64,000 nt of DNA from an uncultured Phycisphaerales bacterium (GTDB lineage: Bacteria > Planctomycetota > Phycisphaerae > Sedimentisphaerales > Anaerobacaceae): assembly GCA_963772725.1 (NCBI GenBank), contig CAVYYI010000005.1:192001-256000 (forward strand), written 5' to 3'. A program made the translations under genes and the position numbers. The notes beneath the pieces were generated by a model that was given only the letters and a program-made list of their open reading frames with translations, was not told the DNA's origin and did no database searches. Below are positions 1-9,550 of this stretch, one piece after another; within the stretch, counting starts at the first letter, position 1, and every line of letters starts with the position of its first letter.

Positions 1-850
1 GCCTTAAGATGGAACAGGATGCACCTGATGAAACTACTTTTGTGCAGTTTCGCAAGCGTCTTAATATAAACGGCCATATAGCTACATTATTTGATAAGAC
101 TATCGCCATCCTCAAAAGTCGCGGCGTTATACTTGAGGAAGGGACCTGTGTTGATGCCACTATAATAGAAGCGCCTCGCGGCAGAACTGGCAAAGACGGT
201 ATTTCCAGCACCAAAGACAAGGCAGCAGGTTATACGAAAAAACATGGCAGAATATATCACGGCTATAAGGGCCATATTGCTACTGACTGTAACGGCATGA
301 TTAAAGACTACCGTTTCGATACCGCCTCAACCCATGACAGCAGGTATATTGACGAACTTGTCGAGGATGAGAAGGACAGTGTCTTTGCTGATAGTGCATA
401 TATGGATAAAGACCGAAAGGCAAAACTGGAGGAACGCGGCGTGTTTTGCGGAATTATTCAAAAACGAGTTCGCGGCCAGAAGGAATTAACAGCCTCACAG
501 AAATTGCATAACCGTCTGGTGGCGGGAATTCGGGCGGTGGTTGAACATCCGTTTGCGTGGATGAAGAATACCGGCTACGGCAGGACTCGATATCGAGGTA
601 TGAGGCGTAACGCCTTTGATTTTGGGTTACATGTAATAGCGTACAATTGGAAAAGGAGTTTTAGCCTGGTGAGTATTGCCGGATAACGGCACACGACCGT
701 TATGAACAGATAAAAAGGTATACCAAAGGCATAAAAGAATCCTTTGGTAAGGCCAGAAAACAGTTTTTGCGGTGTATCGAAATAATTTTTCGAAGCACTT
801 CAAGCAAAAATATAAGAGAATAATAAAATGTGAGGTTTTTCAGAGGTCTC
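1..850 (+). mobile_element. IS5-family insertion sequence, right part (left end outside window)
   Basis: DDE transposase ORF followed by terminal repeat GTTTTTCAGAGGTCTC at 835-850. Confidence 0.85.
9..686 (+). CDS. IS5-family DDE transposase (5'-truncated by window edge)
   Basis: PDETT..FR, VDATII, HGYKGHI, FADSAY, RAVVEHPF motifs. Confidence 0.9.
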   Translation: MEQDAPDETTFVQFRKRLNINGHIATLFDKTIAILKSRGVILEEGTCVDATIIEAPRGRTGKDGISSTKDKAAGYTKKHGRIYHGYKGHIATDCNGMIKDYRFDTASTHDSRYIDELVEDEKDSVFADSAYMDKDRKAKLEERGVFCGIIQKRVRGQKELTASQKLHNRLVAGIRAVVEHPFAWMKNTGYGRTRYRGMRRNAFDFGLHVIAYNWKRSFSLVSIAG

Positions 851-885
851 GATATTTAATTTTTGATTTTTGATTTTTTTTAAAG

Positions 886-1455
886 ATGCGTGTTTTTATT
901 GCCGTAGATATTGATGAATCGATAAGAGCCGCCTTGGGCGACTTGCAGAAAACGCTCCAAAAACAAGCCGACATCAGGAAAGGCGACGTCAAATGGGTCG
1001 ATACCGACGCTATGCACCTGACATTGAAGTTTCTCGGCGAATTCAAAGATTCCCAGCTTGCCGATGTCTGCAAAATCGTACAGGAAGCCGCCTTCAGGCA
1101 TAAATCTTTCGACCTTGATATCGAGTCACTCGGCACTTTCGGCGGTAGAACCCCAAACATCCTCTGGGTTGGCCTTGGCGAAGGAAACACCGAACTAAAA
1201 CAATTACAGGAAAATATTGATAATGACTTGTCCCTTGCCGGCTGGCCAAAAGAATCTCGCGAATTTTCAGGCCACCTGACATTGTGCAGAATAAGAGACC
1301 CCAGGGCCGGCCTCAAACTCGCCGCCAAAATTAACGATTATAAGGATTTCAAAGCTGGAACTTCCTTCGTCGATTCCGTCCGCGTCTATCAAAGCGACCT
1401 TACCCCCAAAGGCCCAATCTACACTCCACTTGGAACCTTTAATTTACTCAAATAA
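886..1455 (+). CDS. thpR: RNA 2',3'-cyclic phosphodiesterase (2H family)
   Basis: MRVFIAV start; two HxT motifs (HLTLKFLG, HLTLCR). Confidence 0.92.
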   Translation: MRVFIAVDIDESIRAALGDLQKTLQKQADIRKGDVKWVDTDAMHLTLKFLGEFKDSQLADVCKIVQEAAFRHKSFDLDIESLGTFGGRTPNILWVGLGEGNTELKQLQENIDNDLSLAGWPKESREFSGHLTLCRIRDPRAGLKLAAKINDYKDFKAGTSFVDSVRVYQSDLTPKGPIYTPLGTFNLLK

Positions 1456-1557
1456 AAGCAGGAAAAGGTATCCAGTACTTACATAATCTGATATGTTAGT
1501 CTGCCAGAAAAACTCCAAATCTTATCGCTTTAGCGGGAAATCAGATTCGCCTGACTA

Positions 1558-2034
1558 TTAGCGGTTTTCTCCCTCGTTAGTATCCTCGTCGAAGTCCGAT
1601 GAAGATTCATTGGACTCCCTCGCAATCAGGCCCTTTTCCTTTTGACTGGCGTATTCAACGCAATAACGCGTCCAGGGAATTGCTTTAAGTCTTTCTTTGG
1701 AAATGGGCTTACCGGTTCCCTCGCAAATACCGTAAGTGCCGTCTTCAATCCGCCCAAGCGCATCATCAATTTCGGTTAATAGTTTTCTCTCGCTATCCAT
1801 AAGCCCGATGGTGTTTTCCAACTCAAAATTATCCGAACCGGCATCAGCCATATGAATCGGCATGGTTGACAAGTCAGTCCTGGTTTTACGCAGGGTCTCA
1901 TCTTCCATCGCATTTACGCTGCCAAATATCTCTTTCCGCTTAGCTAACAGCATAATCTTGAATTCGTTCAATTCTTCACGCGTCAGTTTATTTTTTGTTG
2001 TGCTTTTTTTGGCCACTGGTACACCTTTCTTCAT
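1558..2034 (-). CDS. TraR/DksA family zinc-finger regulator
   Basis: HMADAGSD, ALGRIEDGTYGICE..I..ERL.AIPW.RYC. Confidence 0.9.
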   Translation of the reverse strand: MKKGVPVAKKSTTKNKLTREELNEFKIMLLAKRKEIFGSVNAMEDETLRKTRTDLSTMPIHMADAGSDNFELENTIGLMDSERKLLTEIDDALGRIEDGTYGICEGTGKPISKERLKAIPWTRYCVEYASQKEKGLIARESNESSSDFDEDTNEGENR

Positions 2035-3576
2035 AAGTATTTAGTATAAATCAGCTTATCATCGCCGGCGGCGTAAAAATCCTTGACCCTGCAGGCGACA
2101 CGATAGCCCAGTTTTTCATAAAATTTCTGGGTCGAAACATATTTTTCCAAGCCCGAGGTTTCAACTACGATCAATCGACCGTCTTTGTTCTTAATAATCT
2201 CCGTTATATAGCTCATAAGTTCAGCCCCAATGCCGCTGCCCTGCTGTTCAGGAGCAACCGCCACCCAGTACACGTCAAAGGTTCCCAGCGTACATGGCGT
2301 CTGGCCAAAACATATCCATCCGACGACCTTGCCGTTATCGACGGCTGTGAAAGACTGATAATCACCGCCGGGACCTTTGGCAATCGAGTCATCCAGTACT
2401 TCTTCGGCGATTTTAAGCTCGTTTGGCCTGAAAAACTCCGTTTTCTCTAAAATCGACAAAATCATATCCCTGTCTTCAGCGGAAATGCGCCGAATTGTGA
2501 GACTTTTTCGGTTTGTTTTCGCCGTTTTTAAAGGACTTTTTCCATTTTGACCGCTTTTTTGGGTTAATCGTGTAACGGCGTTATTTAACAATATGTCTAT
2601 AAATTTGTCATAGCTTACGCCGCCGGCGACAATTGCCGCCGCAAAACCCGCATCTGGGGAAATATCGGGATTAGGATTTACTTCAAGAATGTAGACGTTG
2701 TCATTGCCGTCAAGACGAAAATCAACGCGGGCATAATCCTGGCAGCCAATGACGTTCCATGCGCCGAGGGCACATTGACGCACCTTTTTGGCTGTCGCTT
2801 CGGACAATTTAGCCGGAATAATCCGCGGGGTATTGTTGTACGCAAAGGAATCGGCCAGCCATTTGGCAGAATAATCAACGATACGCGGCTGGTCAGCGGC
2901 AAAAGAATTGAAATCAATCTCAGCTATCGGAAGAACTTCGACTTTATCGCCGTTTTGCAGCAGCAGCAACGTTCAGTTCTCTGTCGGGAATGAACTGCTC
3001 AACAACCGCCGGTTGCTTCATCTGCTGATGGATTCGTCTGACGGCTTTTTCCGCGGCATCGCCCGGCACATCGACGATGGAATTCGTATCTATTCCCTCG
3101 CTGGCATCTGAAAAAGCGGGCTTTACGATATATCTGCCTGGTGCCAGACTATTCATTTTGATATTTTGTCCGACCGCAATGACAATTCCATCGGGGCAGG
3201 GAAGATTGGCGGATTTGAGAATTGCCTTGGTGAGCCATTTATCCTGTGAGAGAATCATAGCCGCCGTGCCGTTGCCGGTGCAGACTCTGCCGTGTGCCTG
3301 ACAAACAGCCGGCACGTAACATGCATCTGAAATCTTTCCCGGCAGTTCCTCAACAAGATTAAATACTATCGGCTGGCGATTGCGATGAAGGATTTCCGGC
3401 AATTGCTCAATTCGCTGTACGCTTTCCACCAGGTATGTAGCACCGAGTCTGGCCAGTGCATTTTCGACTGAGCGTAGTTCATCGAGGATACCCGCGTTAC
3501 TTTCCGACCAGGCTTTCCCGGCACCGCCGGAAGTAACGGCATCAACAGCGTTATATATGATTAAGACACTTTCCAT
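2031..3576 (-). CDS. D-Ala-D-Ala ligase-like ATP-grasp protein fused to a C-terminal GNAT acetyltransferase; one frameshift near 2965
   Basis: VFNLVE, KPAFSDASEGI, EQFIPDRELNV in ORF 2944-3576 continue into YARVDFR/LEVNPNP and a GNAT domain in ORF 2031-2969. Confidence 0.8.
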
Positions 3577-3848
3577 TTTTTGTGTAGCAAAGAAACCCCC
3601 TGTAAAACCGGGAGCTAACTAATTTTTTTGTAATCGTTCACAGAAAAGGCGGCCGCCTCGTCCGCCGGAGGCGGAGGATTGAACGCATTTTCGGCGACAG
3701 CATAAAAGGTTAAGACTTAAAAGTCAAAAGTAAAATTGATTTTTGAAGAGAAGGAGCAAAAAGAGTTGTTTTGGATGCGAGAAGATTATCGCATTGGAGT
3801 CGGCGGAAGAACATTGGAAAATATTATCTGCGGGTGAAATATATAAGT

Positions 3849-3911
3849 GAGACCTCTGAAAAACTATGACTTTGAAAAAATCAGAGATTGCCGCGGCCTC
3901 AAAGAGGTCTC
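3849..3911. mobile_element. 63-bp miniature IS5-derived element
   Basis: Begins GAGACCTCTGAAAAAC (exact reverse complement of the IS end at 835-850) and ends AGAGGTCTC; GT on both flanks. Confidence 0.6.
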
Positions 3912-3973
3912 GTATCAAAACACGAGAATAAAAGGCAGTTCGAATAAAAATCTTGAATTTTTTTTAGAAATAG

Positions 3974-4003
3974 TGTAACAAAAGTACGGGGAAGAACGTC
4001 TTA
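3974..4003 (+). promoter_or_regulatory. Candidate ECF-sigma promoter
   Basis: TGTAAC-N17-CGTCTTA upstream of the gene at 4039; similar motif at 19471-19498. Confidence 0.45.
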
Positions 4004-4038
4004 TTTGGAAAGGCGTGTTATGTTAGGGATATGGCGGT

Positions 4039-4719
4039 ATGAAGAAAAGAGATATATGGATAACCCTTTCGATTGTCGCGGTAGCTGTTTTGGTGATTTG
4101 GATTCATTTTAGTCATTTCAGTTGGCAGCCAAAGGGGTATATACAAATCGCGCCAATCAATAACGCCCAGGCAGAAATGAAGCTTGAAGCAGGTATTTTT
4201 GGCGGCGTTATGAAGATAACCTCAGCAAACGGGGCGATTCCGGTTGCTGCGAGAGCTTATAAGCCCAAATCTATATATGTAACCGCTAAACAAGATAATA
4301 ACACTTGGCAGCTACGAAGTTTCGGCCCTTGGGGGAGCCTCAGAAGAATCGAGGTTGTAAACGGCGAAACCACAATAGTAAAAGCTGGCCCCCCATTTAA
4401 ACTTAAAACCGATGTAACAAAAAGTGCCGGAATCGTCTCAATCGGTTTGACAATACTTGGTCAGTCCGGAGAGAGGTATCACCCGGCTATTCAAAAGAAC
4501 AGTGGCAAGATGTCGGTTGCGATTGAGCCGACTGTTACGATTCTCGATGAGAAAGACAATATACTGGCCTCGGGAAAATTTGCGTATGGCTGAGGCGGCA
4601 CCTGCCGGTACTCGTGGCGAGTACCAGAAAATTTCAGCGGCAAATATCAGGTCAAGGTCGCCGCTGATTTTGGTCCTTTTGAAACGAAATTGGAGGACAA
4701 CTGGTATTCGATAGACTGA
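4039..4719 (+). CDS. Predicted membrane-anchored/exported selenoprotein, UGGxC family (226 aa, Sec185)
   Basis: N-terminal hydrophobic helix; in-frame TGA 4591-4593 followed by 41 open codons (GGTCRYSWRVP...) homologous to two paralogues; hairpin 4607-4625. Confidence 0.85.
4607..4625 (+). promoter_or_regulatory. Candidate bacterial SECIS hairpin
   Basis: GGTACTCG-TGG-CGAGTACC perfect 8-bp stem starting after a 13-nt spacer from the UGA. Confidence 0.8.
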
Positions 4720-4742
4720 AAATATAAAAACCACAAAACACC

Positions 4743-4780
4743 GGCGGGTCAGGAGAAAAGTTCTCTTGCCCGCCTTTTTT
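4743..4780 (+). terminator. Rho-independent terminator
   Basis: GGCGGG..CAGGAGAA/TTCTCTTG-CCCGCC stem followed by a T-run, just after the extended stop at 4719. Confidence 0.8.
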
Positions 4781-4817
4781 ATTGAAATAAAAGTAGGATT
4801 AAAAAAAGGAGTAAAAA

Positions 4818-5894
4818 ATGAAAGACAGAGAGGTCAAAAGTGTTTGTGAAAAAATTAAGAAGAAAAAAACTTTAACACTGATAGCTAATATTAAAAAGTT
4901 ATCGGCAAAAAAAATCGTCGTACTGCTGTTGCTGGGATTTGCAGCCTTTCGAGCATGCCCTATTTATGCAGCGACGCCTTCACCAGCACACAATGTGGAA
5001 GGTGACAGCAACTCCGCTGGAGGAGGAAAGGCTGATGGGCTTTCCAAGCCGCCTTTACCAACGCACAATGTGGAGGGTAACAGCGGTATTTTTATTACCA
5101 GTATGGCTTATCTGGCAAATCCACCTGAAAAAGGACATATTTTCGGGCGCCCCAGTGTATCGACCAGTTTTGCAGCCATAGGCGAAAAGGATTTTGAATC
5201 GATTGCGCTAACCGAAAATATATGGGGCAGGGTGGAACTCGGTTATGCACTCGAGCGAATCGGATTAGGTGACTGGCCGGAAGATGTGCGTGCAAGTACG
5301 GGAAACCATGTTGACAATCATGTCCTGCTTCACAATTTCAACACGCGATTAATGGTCGTGGAAGAGGGAGGATTTGACCATGAATGGATGCCAGCGATAA
5401 CTTTGGGTTCTCATTTCAAGTGGAATGAAGGACTTGCACATATCAACAATCAGCTTGGCGGCACATGCGATTTGCTTGGGGCCGACCACACATCAGGGAC
5501 TGATTTTACGGCAGTAGCGAGTAAAACAATAACGCACCTGTTGCCGCGCCCGCTTATTGTCTCGGCTGGTCTGAGAAATAGCGATGCAATACAAACCGGA
5601 CTTCTTGGATTCGCCGGCGAGAGGCGAACGACCGTAGAAGGCAGTATTGTTTATTTTCTTACAGATAGGCTGTTATTGGCAAGCGAGTATCGTCAAAAGC
5701 CGCACGATTTAATCGCCCCATGCAGCGCCGGCGGCAGGGATTTAATCAAATCGGAAAGCGACTGGTGGGACATCTGTCTGGCATACATTGTCAATAAGCA
5801 TACCACGGTCGCCGGAGGTTATGCCAATTTTGGCAATGTGCTTAATCATAATGAAGATAATGTATGGGCAATTCAAGTCAAATATGAATTTTAA
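4818..5894 (+). CDS. DUF3034-like putative outer-membrane beta-barrel protein
   Basis: Signal-like segment, HNVEGNSG motif, amphipathic strands, terminal YEF typical of OM barrels. Confidence 0.65.
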   Translation: MKDREVKSVCEKIKKKKTLTLIANIKKLSAKKIVVLLLLGFAAFRACPIYAATPSPAHNVEGDSNSAGGGKADGLSKPPLPTHNVEGNSGIFITSMAYLANPPEKGHIFGRPSVSTSFAAIGEKDFESIALTENIWGRVELGYALERIGLGDWPEDVRASTGNHVDNHVLLHNFNTRLMVVEEGGFDHEWMPAITLGSHFKWNEGLAHINNQLGGTCDLLGADHTSGTDFTAVASKTITHLLPRPLIVSAGLRNSDAIQTGLLGFAGERRTTVEGSIVYFLTDRLLLASEYRQKPHDLIAPCSAGGRDLIKSESDWWDICLAYIVNKHTTVAGGYANFGNVLNHNEDNVWAIQVKYEF

Positions 5895-7546
5895 AGACTT
5901 CTGCAAAATGAATGATTTTTAGCAGAGGTCGGAACGGATAAACAACGCAATGGCAGTGGAACTGATGGATTATTGCAGCATGAGTGTGAATTTTGGTTTT
6001 TTTAAGGCCAGAAGGCCTGTTTAGAGACAGAGTATCCCCGAGAGTTCTGTCTTAGCTCTTTGAAAAGTTAATCGTTCAACGTCAACTGAGACATCAGCCG
6101 GCCTTGCGTCGGTTTGGTATTTGTGCGAATGTTTTATGGCAACGCATTTTCCCGGGCTGTTTAAGCAATATAGCAGCGGCAACGCCGATAAGACTTGCCG
6201 TCAGATGAGCGATTGTCATCTGATTACGCACGGTTTTCAATGAATAGTGCGTAGTCTGTTCAGCTTCACGGTCTCCTAACCGAGCAAAGTATTGCTCGAC
6301 TGATTCTCTTTGCTTGAAAGTTTCCTTAAATTCCCTTGAATCCCTTGGGACACGCGAACGTGCATCTTCAGTGATATCAATGTACTTGGTACAGCCGTAG
6401 CATTTGCCGGTATTGAAGGATGGAAGGTTTACCGGACAGGTGTTACTAAGTTTTTCAGCAGTCTTTTTGCTGACCTTTAAGGGGCAGCGAAACTTGATGC
6501 GTTCACGATTGCCCTCGGTCCATCTTCCGGTCGACCTCATTTCAAGACCAGCATCACAGATGGGACAGCCGTGAGGGCCAAAAGTCTTGTCATCTTTCTG
6601 ATTTCTTGGGTTGATTGGGATATATGGGTTTCCCTTCATCTTTCCAACTATAAAGGTGTACAGGTCTCTGACATCGTAGGCCTTATCCGCAAGAAACAGA
6701 AAGCCTTTTCTGACCCTGTATCTGCGTTTGAGTTCTTTAAGCAGCTTGAAGGCAACCTGCTGGTCTGTGGTGTTGTTTGGCAGAGTTATTTCAACAAGCG
6801 ATATTCCTTGTTTTGAGATTATGACATGTGTCCTGTATCCCCAGAAGAACAGCATGTTTTCCTTTTTGCCGTTGAGGACCTGACAAGAATAATAGCTCAA
6901 TGTTGCAGCAGGATTTCGAGTGGGCGTCTTGGTTTTATCGGTGGTGTTTCGGGCGGGATTTTTGAGATTATTTTCTTTTGTGGCAGCCATAACAGGTTTG
7001 GAGTCAATGATCAAGGTATCAAGGCTGACTAATCCCTGTTCGATAAGCCGCTGATTTAGACGGTAATGAATTTCTTTGAGAACAGAGTTATCGGTATCTG
7101 CCAAGAAACGATAGAATTGGGATTCGTCCGGCATATTCCCGAGCGTAAAGCCGCACAGTTCCAGCAGAGGCGGATTGGCTTGAAGATATTCGATAAGCTC
7201 AGGGACAGATTTTATTTGCTGAAGATGTTTGACGATGAGTGCTCTCAGGATGGCATGTCGTGAGTGACCTGTTCTGCCGACACCGAAGTTTCTGTCGGGC
7301 AGAATGGAAATATCGAGAGCCTGAAAGAGATAGAAGTACTTTCGCAGCAGCGATGAATTTCTGACAAGCTCCTGGAGGTCATAAAATAGTGACGTTTGAA
7401 CGTGGTACATAAAAAAATCTCCTTTATTTTGGTTGTAAGTCCTTTTACTGACAACGCTTACATAATATCCAAAATGGAGGAGATTGCAAGAAAAATAATG
7501 ACATAAGTCGTTATTTAACAAATATTTATGAATTTTACAAAAGGCT
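5895..7546 (-). mobile_element. Insertion sequence (IS1182/IS5-like DDE) with 12-bp target-site duplication
   Basis: TATGAATTTTAA repeated at 5883-5894 and 7547-7558; imperfect terminal IRs AGACTTCTGCAAAAT / AGCCTTTTGTAAAAT. Confidence 0.85.
6094..7410 (-). CDS. DDE transposase
   Basis: IIDSKP, LADKAYD, RESVEQYF motifs; ATG at 7410 with GGAG RBS. Confidence 0.85.
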   Translation of the reverse strand: MYHVQTSLFYDLQELVRNSSLLRKYFYLFQALDISILPDRNFGVGRTGHSRHAILRALIVKHLQQIKSVPELIEYLQANPPLLELCGFTLGNMPDESQFYRFLADTDNSVLKEIHYRLNQRLIEQGLVSLDTLIIDSKPVMAATKENNLKNPARNTTDKTKTPTRNPAATLSYYSCQVLNGKKENMLFFWGYRTHVIISKQGISLVEITLPNNTTDQQVAFKLLKELKRRYRVRKGFLFLADKAYDVRDLYTFIVGKMKGNPYIPINPRNQKDDKTFGPHGCPICDAGLEMRSTGRWTEGNRERIKFRCPLKVSKKTAEKLSNTCPVNLPSFNTGKCYGCTKYIDITEDARSRVPRDSREFKETFKQRESVEQYFARLGDREAEQTTHYSLKTVRNQMTIAHLTASLIGVAAAILLKQPGKMRCHKTFAQIPNRRKAG

Positions 7547-7574
7547 TATGAATTTTAATTTAAGGAGAAATATA

Positions 7575-8378
7575 ATGAAGAGTAAAAGTGGTATTGGTCT
7601 TGGCAATGTTCAAGCGGTTTACGGCGGGCCGGAAGGTGAGCTTTGGGAACTGATTATGGGCCGACAAATTCATATTGGCGGTTTTAATTCATCTATGGCC
7701 CTCGCAGACAAAGCCGGCATCAGTTCACAGATGAAAGGTGTGGACCTTTGCTGTTGCAATGGAGAAGGCATGCGATTCCTTGTTCGTTTCAGAAACGTGG
7801 GGAAAATGCGGGGTGTTGACGCCACTAAAAAAGTCGTTGAGCAGGGAAAGCAGCGATGCAAACAGGAGGGACTCTCAGGCAAGATAGAATTTCTTCTTGC
7901 CGATGCCTGCGATAGCGGCCTGCCAAGCGATTCTGCCGATTTTATCTGGGGTGAAGACGCCTGGTGTTATGTTGTCGATAAAACAAAGCTCATCGCTGAG
8001 GCCTCGCGGATAGTAAAGCCCAAAGGCACAATAGCCTTCACTGATTGGGTGGAAGGGAAGACTCCGATGACCAAAGAAGAGGCTCAGCGTCTTTTGACTT
8101 TTATGAAATTTCCGAACATCGCTGACATCGACAGCTATCGCGAATTGCTTAAAATTAACAACTGCCAAATCATCGCCGCCGAGGACACCGGCAGATTCAC
8201 TCCTTATGTGGATTTATATATAAATATGCTCACGATGCAGTTAACTTCCGATGCTTTGAGGATTGTAAACTTCGACTCCGCGATTATGCAGTTTCTGGCA
8301 GGCGAAATGGCTTTTATGCAAAATTTGGCCCATAAAGGAAAAATAATCCAGGGACTTTTTGTCGCCAGGAAAAATTAA
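7575..8378 (+). CDS. Class I SAM-dependent methyltransferase with CCC in motif I
   Basis: IHIGG, VDLCCCNGEG, ADFIWGEDAW, RIVKPKG; AAGGAG RBS before ATG 7575. Confidence 0.85.
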   Translation: MKSKSGIGLGNVQAVYGGPEGELWELIMGRQIHIGGFNSSMALADKAGISSQMKGVDLCCCNGEGMRFLVRFRNVGKMRGVDATKKVVEQGKQRCKQEGLSGKIEFLLADACDSGLPSDSADFIWGEDAWCYVVDKTKLIAEASRIVKPKGTIAFTDWVEGKTPMTKEEAQRLLTFMKFPNIADIDSYRELLKINNCQIIAAEDTGRFTPYVDLYINMLTMQLTSDALRIVNFDSAIMQFLAGEMAFMQNLAHKGKIIQGLFVARKN

Positions 8379-8389
8379 GGATAAAAAAA

Positions 8390-9550
8390 ATGGATAAATG
8401 TTGCGGCAACAATAATGAATCGTTGAAGTGGTTCAGCCGGATGATACAGAATTGTTATCAGTATGCCTCAAAGGCTGATGCGCAAGGAAAGCCAATCGTT
8501 GGCATTATGTGCGAATACACTCCGCGAGAGTTGATTATGGCTTCCGGCGCGGTGCCGGTTTGTCTTTGCGGGGGCTCCGCCGATACAATTCCCGCCGCCG
8601 AGGAACATCTGCCCGCTAATCTTTGTCCCCTGATTAAATCCACTTATGGCTACCACATTCAAAAAACAAATCCATTTCTGGAAATGGCCAGTCTCATTGT
8701 GGCCGAAACAACCTGCGACGGAAAGAAAAAAATGTACGAGTTAATGGCACAAACCAGGCCGATGTACATTCTTGAACTTCCTCAAAAACCCGATGATGAC
8801 GACGCTATGGCGCACTGGATACAAGAGCTGCGCAAATTCAGGACAAAACTCGAAACCATGTTTAATGTAAAAATAACCGATGACAAGATTCGTCAGGCCA
8901 TACGAATTATGAACTGCGAGCGAGGTCTTCGCACCGGACTCGCGTCGATTATGGAATCAGACAACCCTCCGCTTACGGGCAGAGAACTGCTGCAATTCAA
9001 AAGCAGCATATCCGGTATTGAGGATGATTTGCAGCAATATGCGGCCGCATTAGAATTTTATAAAAATAAGACTAACGGTAACGGCTCGGCAGTAAGGGTA
9101 CTGATGACGGGAGTACCCATCGTCCACGGCGCCGAGCGTGTCCTGGAAATTATAGAATCCCACGGCGGCCTTGTAGTCTGTATGGATAACTGCACAGGCC
9201 TAAAGCCTATTCTCGAAGATGTTGATGAAAACGCTGCCGACCCCATTGTCGCTCTTGCGGAGAAATATTTGCATTTGCCCTGTGCTGTGATGACGCCAAA
9301 TAACCGGCGGCTTGAAGTTATTAAGGACCTCGCCCGGCGATACCGCCCCCAGTGTATCATCGACTTAATCTGGCAGACCTGCACTACATACGATGTCGAA
9401 TCATACTTTGTTAAGCAATTCGCGGAAAACCAACTCAGCATACCCTATCTAAGAATTGAGACGGATTATTCACCCTCGGATTCAGCGCGAATCGCCTTGA
9501 GAGTTGAAGCCCTGTTCGAGACAGTCCGCGAAAGGGGACACAAAAAATAA
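8390..9550 (+). CDS. Double-cubane-cluster-type anaerobic reductase (2-hydroxyacyl-CoA dehydratase superfamily)
   Basis: CEYTP, LCGG, LPANLCPLIKSTYG, ETTCDGKKKMYE, DNCTG, CAVMTPN, TCTTYDVE, IETDYS. Confidence 0.8.
   Translation: MDKCCGNNNESLKWFSRMIQNCYQYASKADAQGKPIVGIMCEYTPRELIMASGAVPVCLCGGSADTIPAAEEHLPANLCPLIKSTYGYHIQKTNPFLEMASLIVAETTCDGKKKMYELMAQTRPMYILELPQKPDDDDAMAHWIQELRKFRTKLETMFNVKITDDKIRQAIRIMNCERGLRTGLASIMESDNPPLTGRELLQFKSSISGIEDDLQQYAAALEFYKNKTNGNGSAVRVLMTGVPIVHGAERVLEIIESHGGLVVCMDNCTGLKPILEDVDENAADPIVALAEKYLHLPCAVMTPNNRRLEVIKDLARRYRPQCIIDLIWQTCTTYDVESYFVKQFAENQLSIPYLRIETDYSPSDSARIALRVEALFETVRERGHKK

Noticed and set aside
835..3864. Composite transposon carrying thpR, the DksA-family gene and the ligase between two IS5 repeats
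   Set aside because: The repeats face away from this interval: one closes the IS on its left and the other opens the 63-bp element on its right.
7548..7574. ORF-track starts at 7548 (methyltransferase) and 7521 (transposase)
   Set aside because: 7548 lies in the target-site duplication and 7521 near the IS end; RBS-supported starts are 7575 and 7410.
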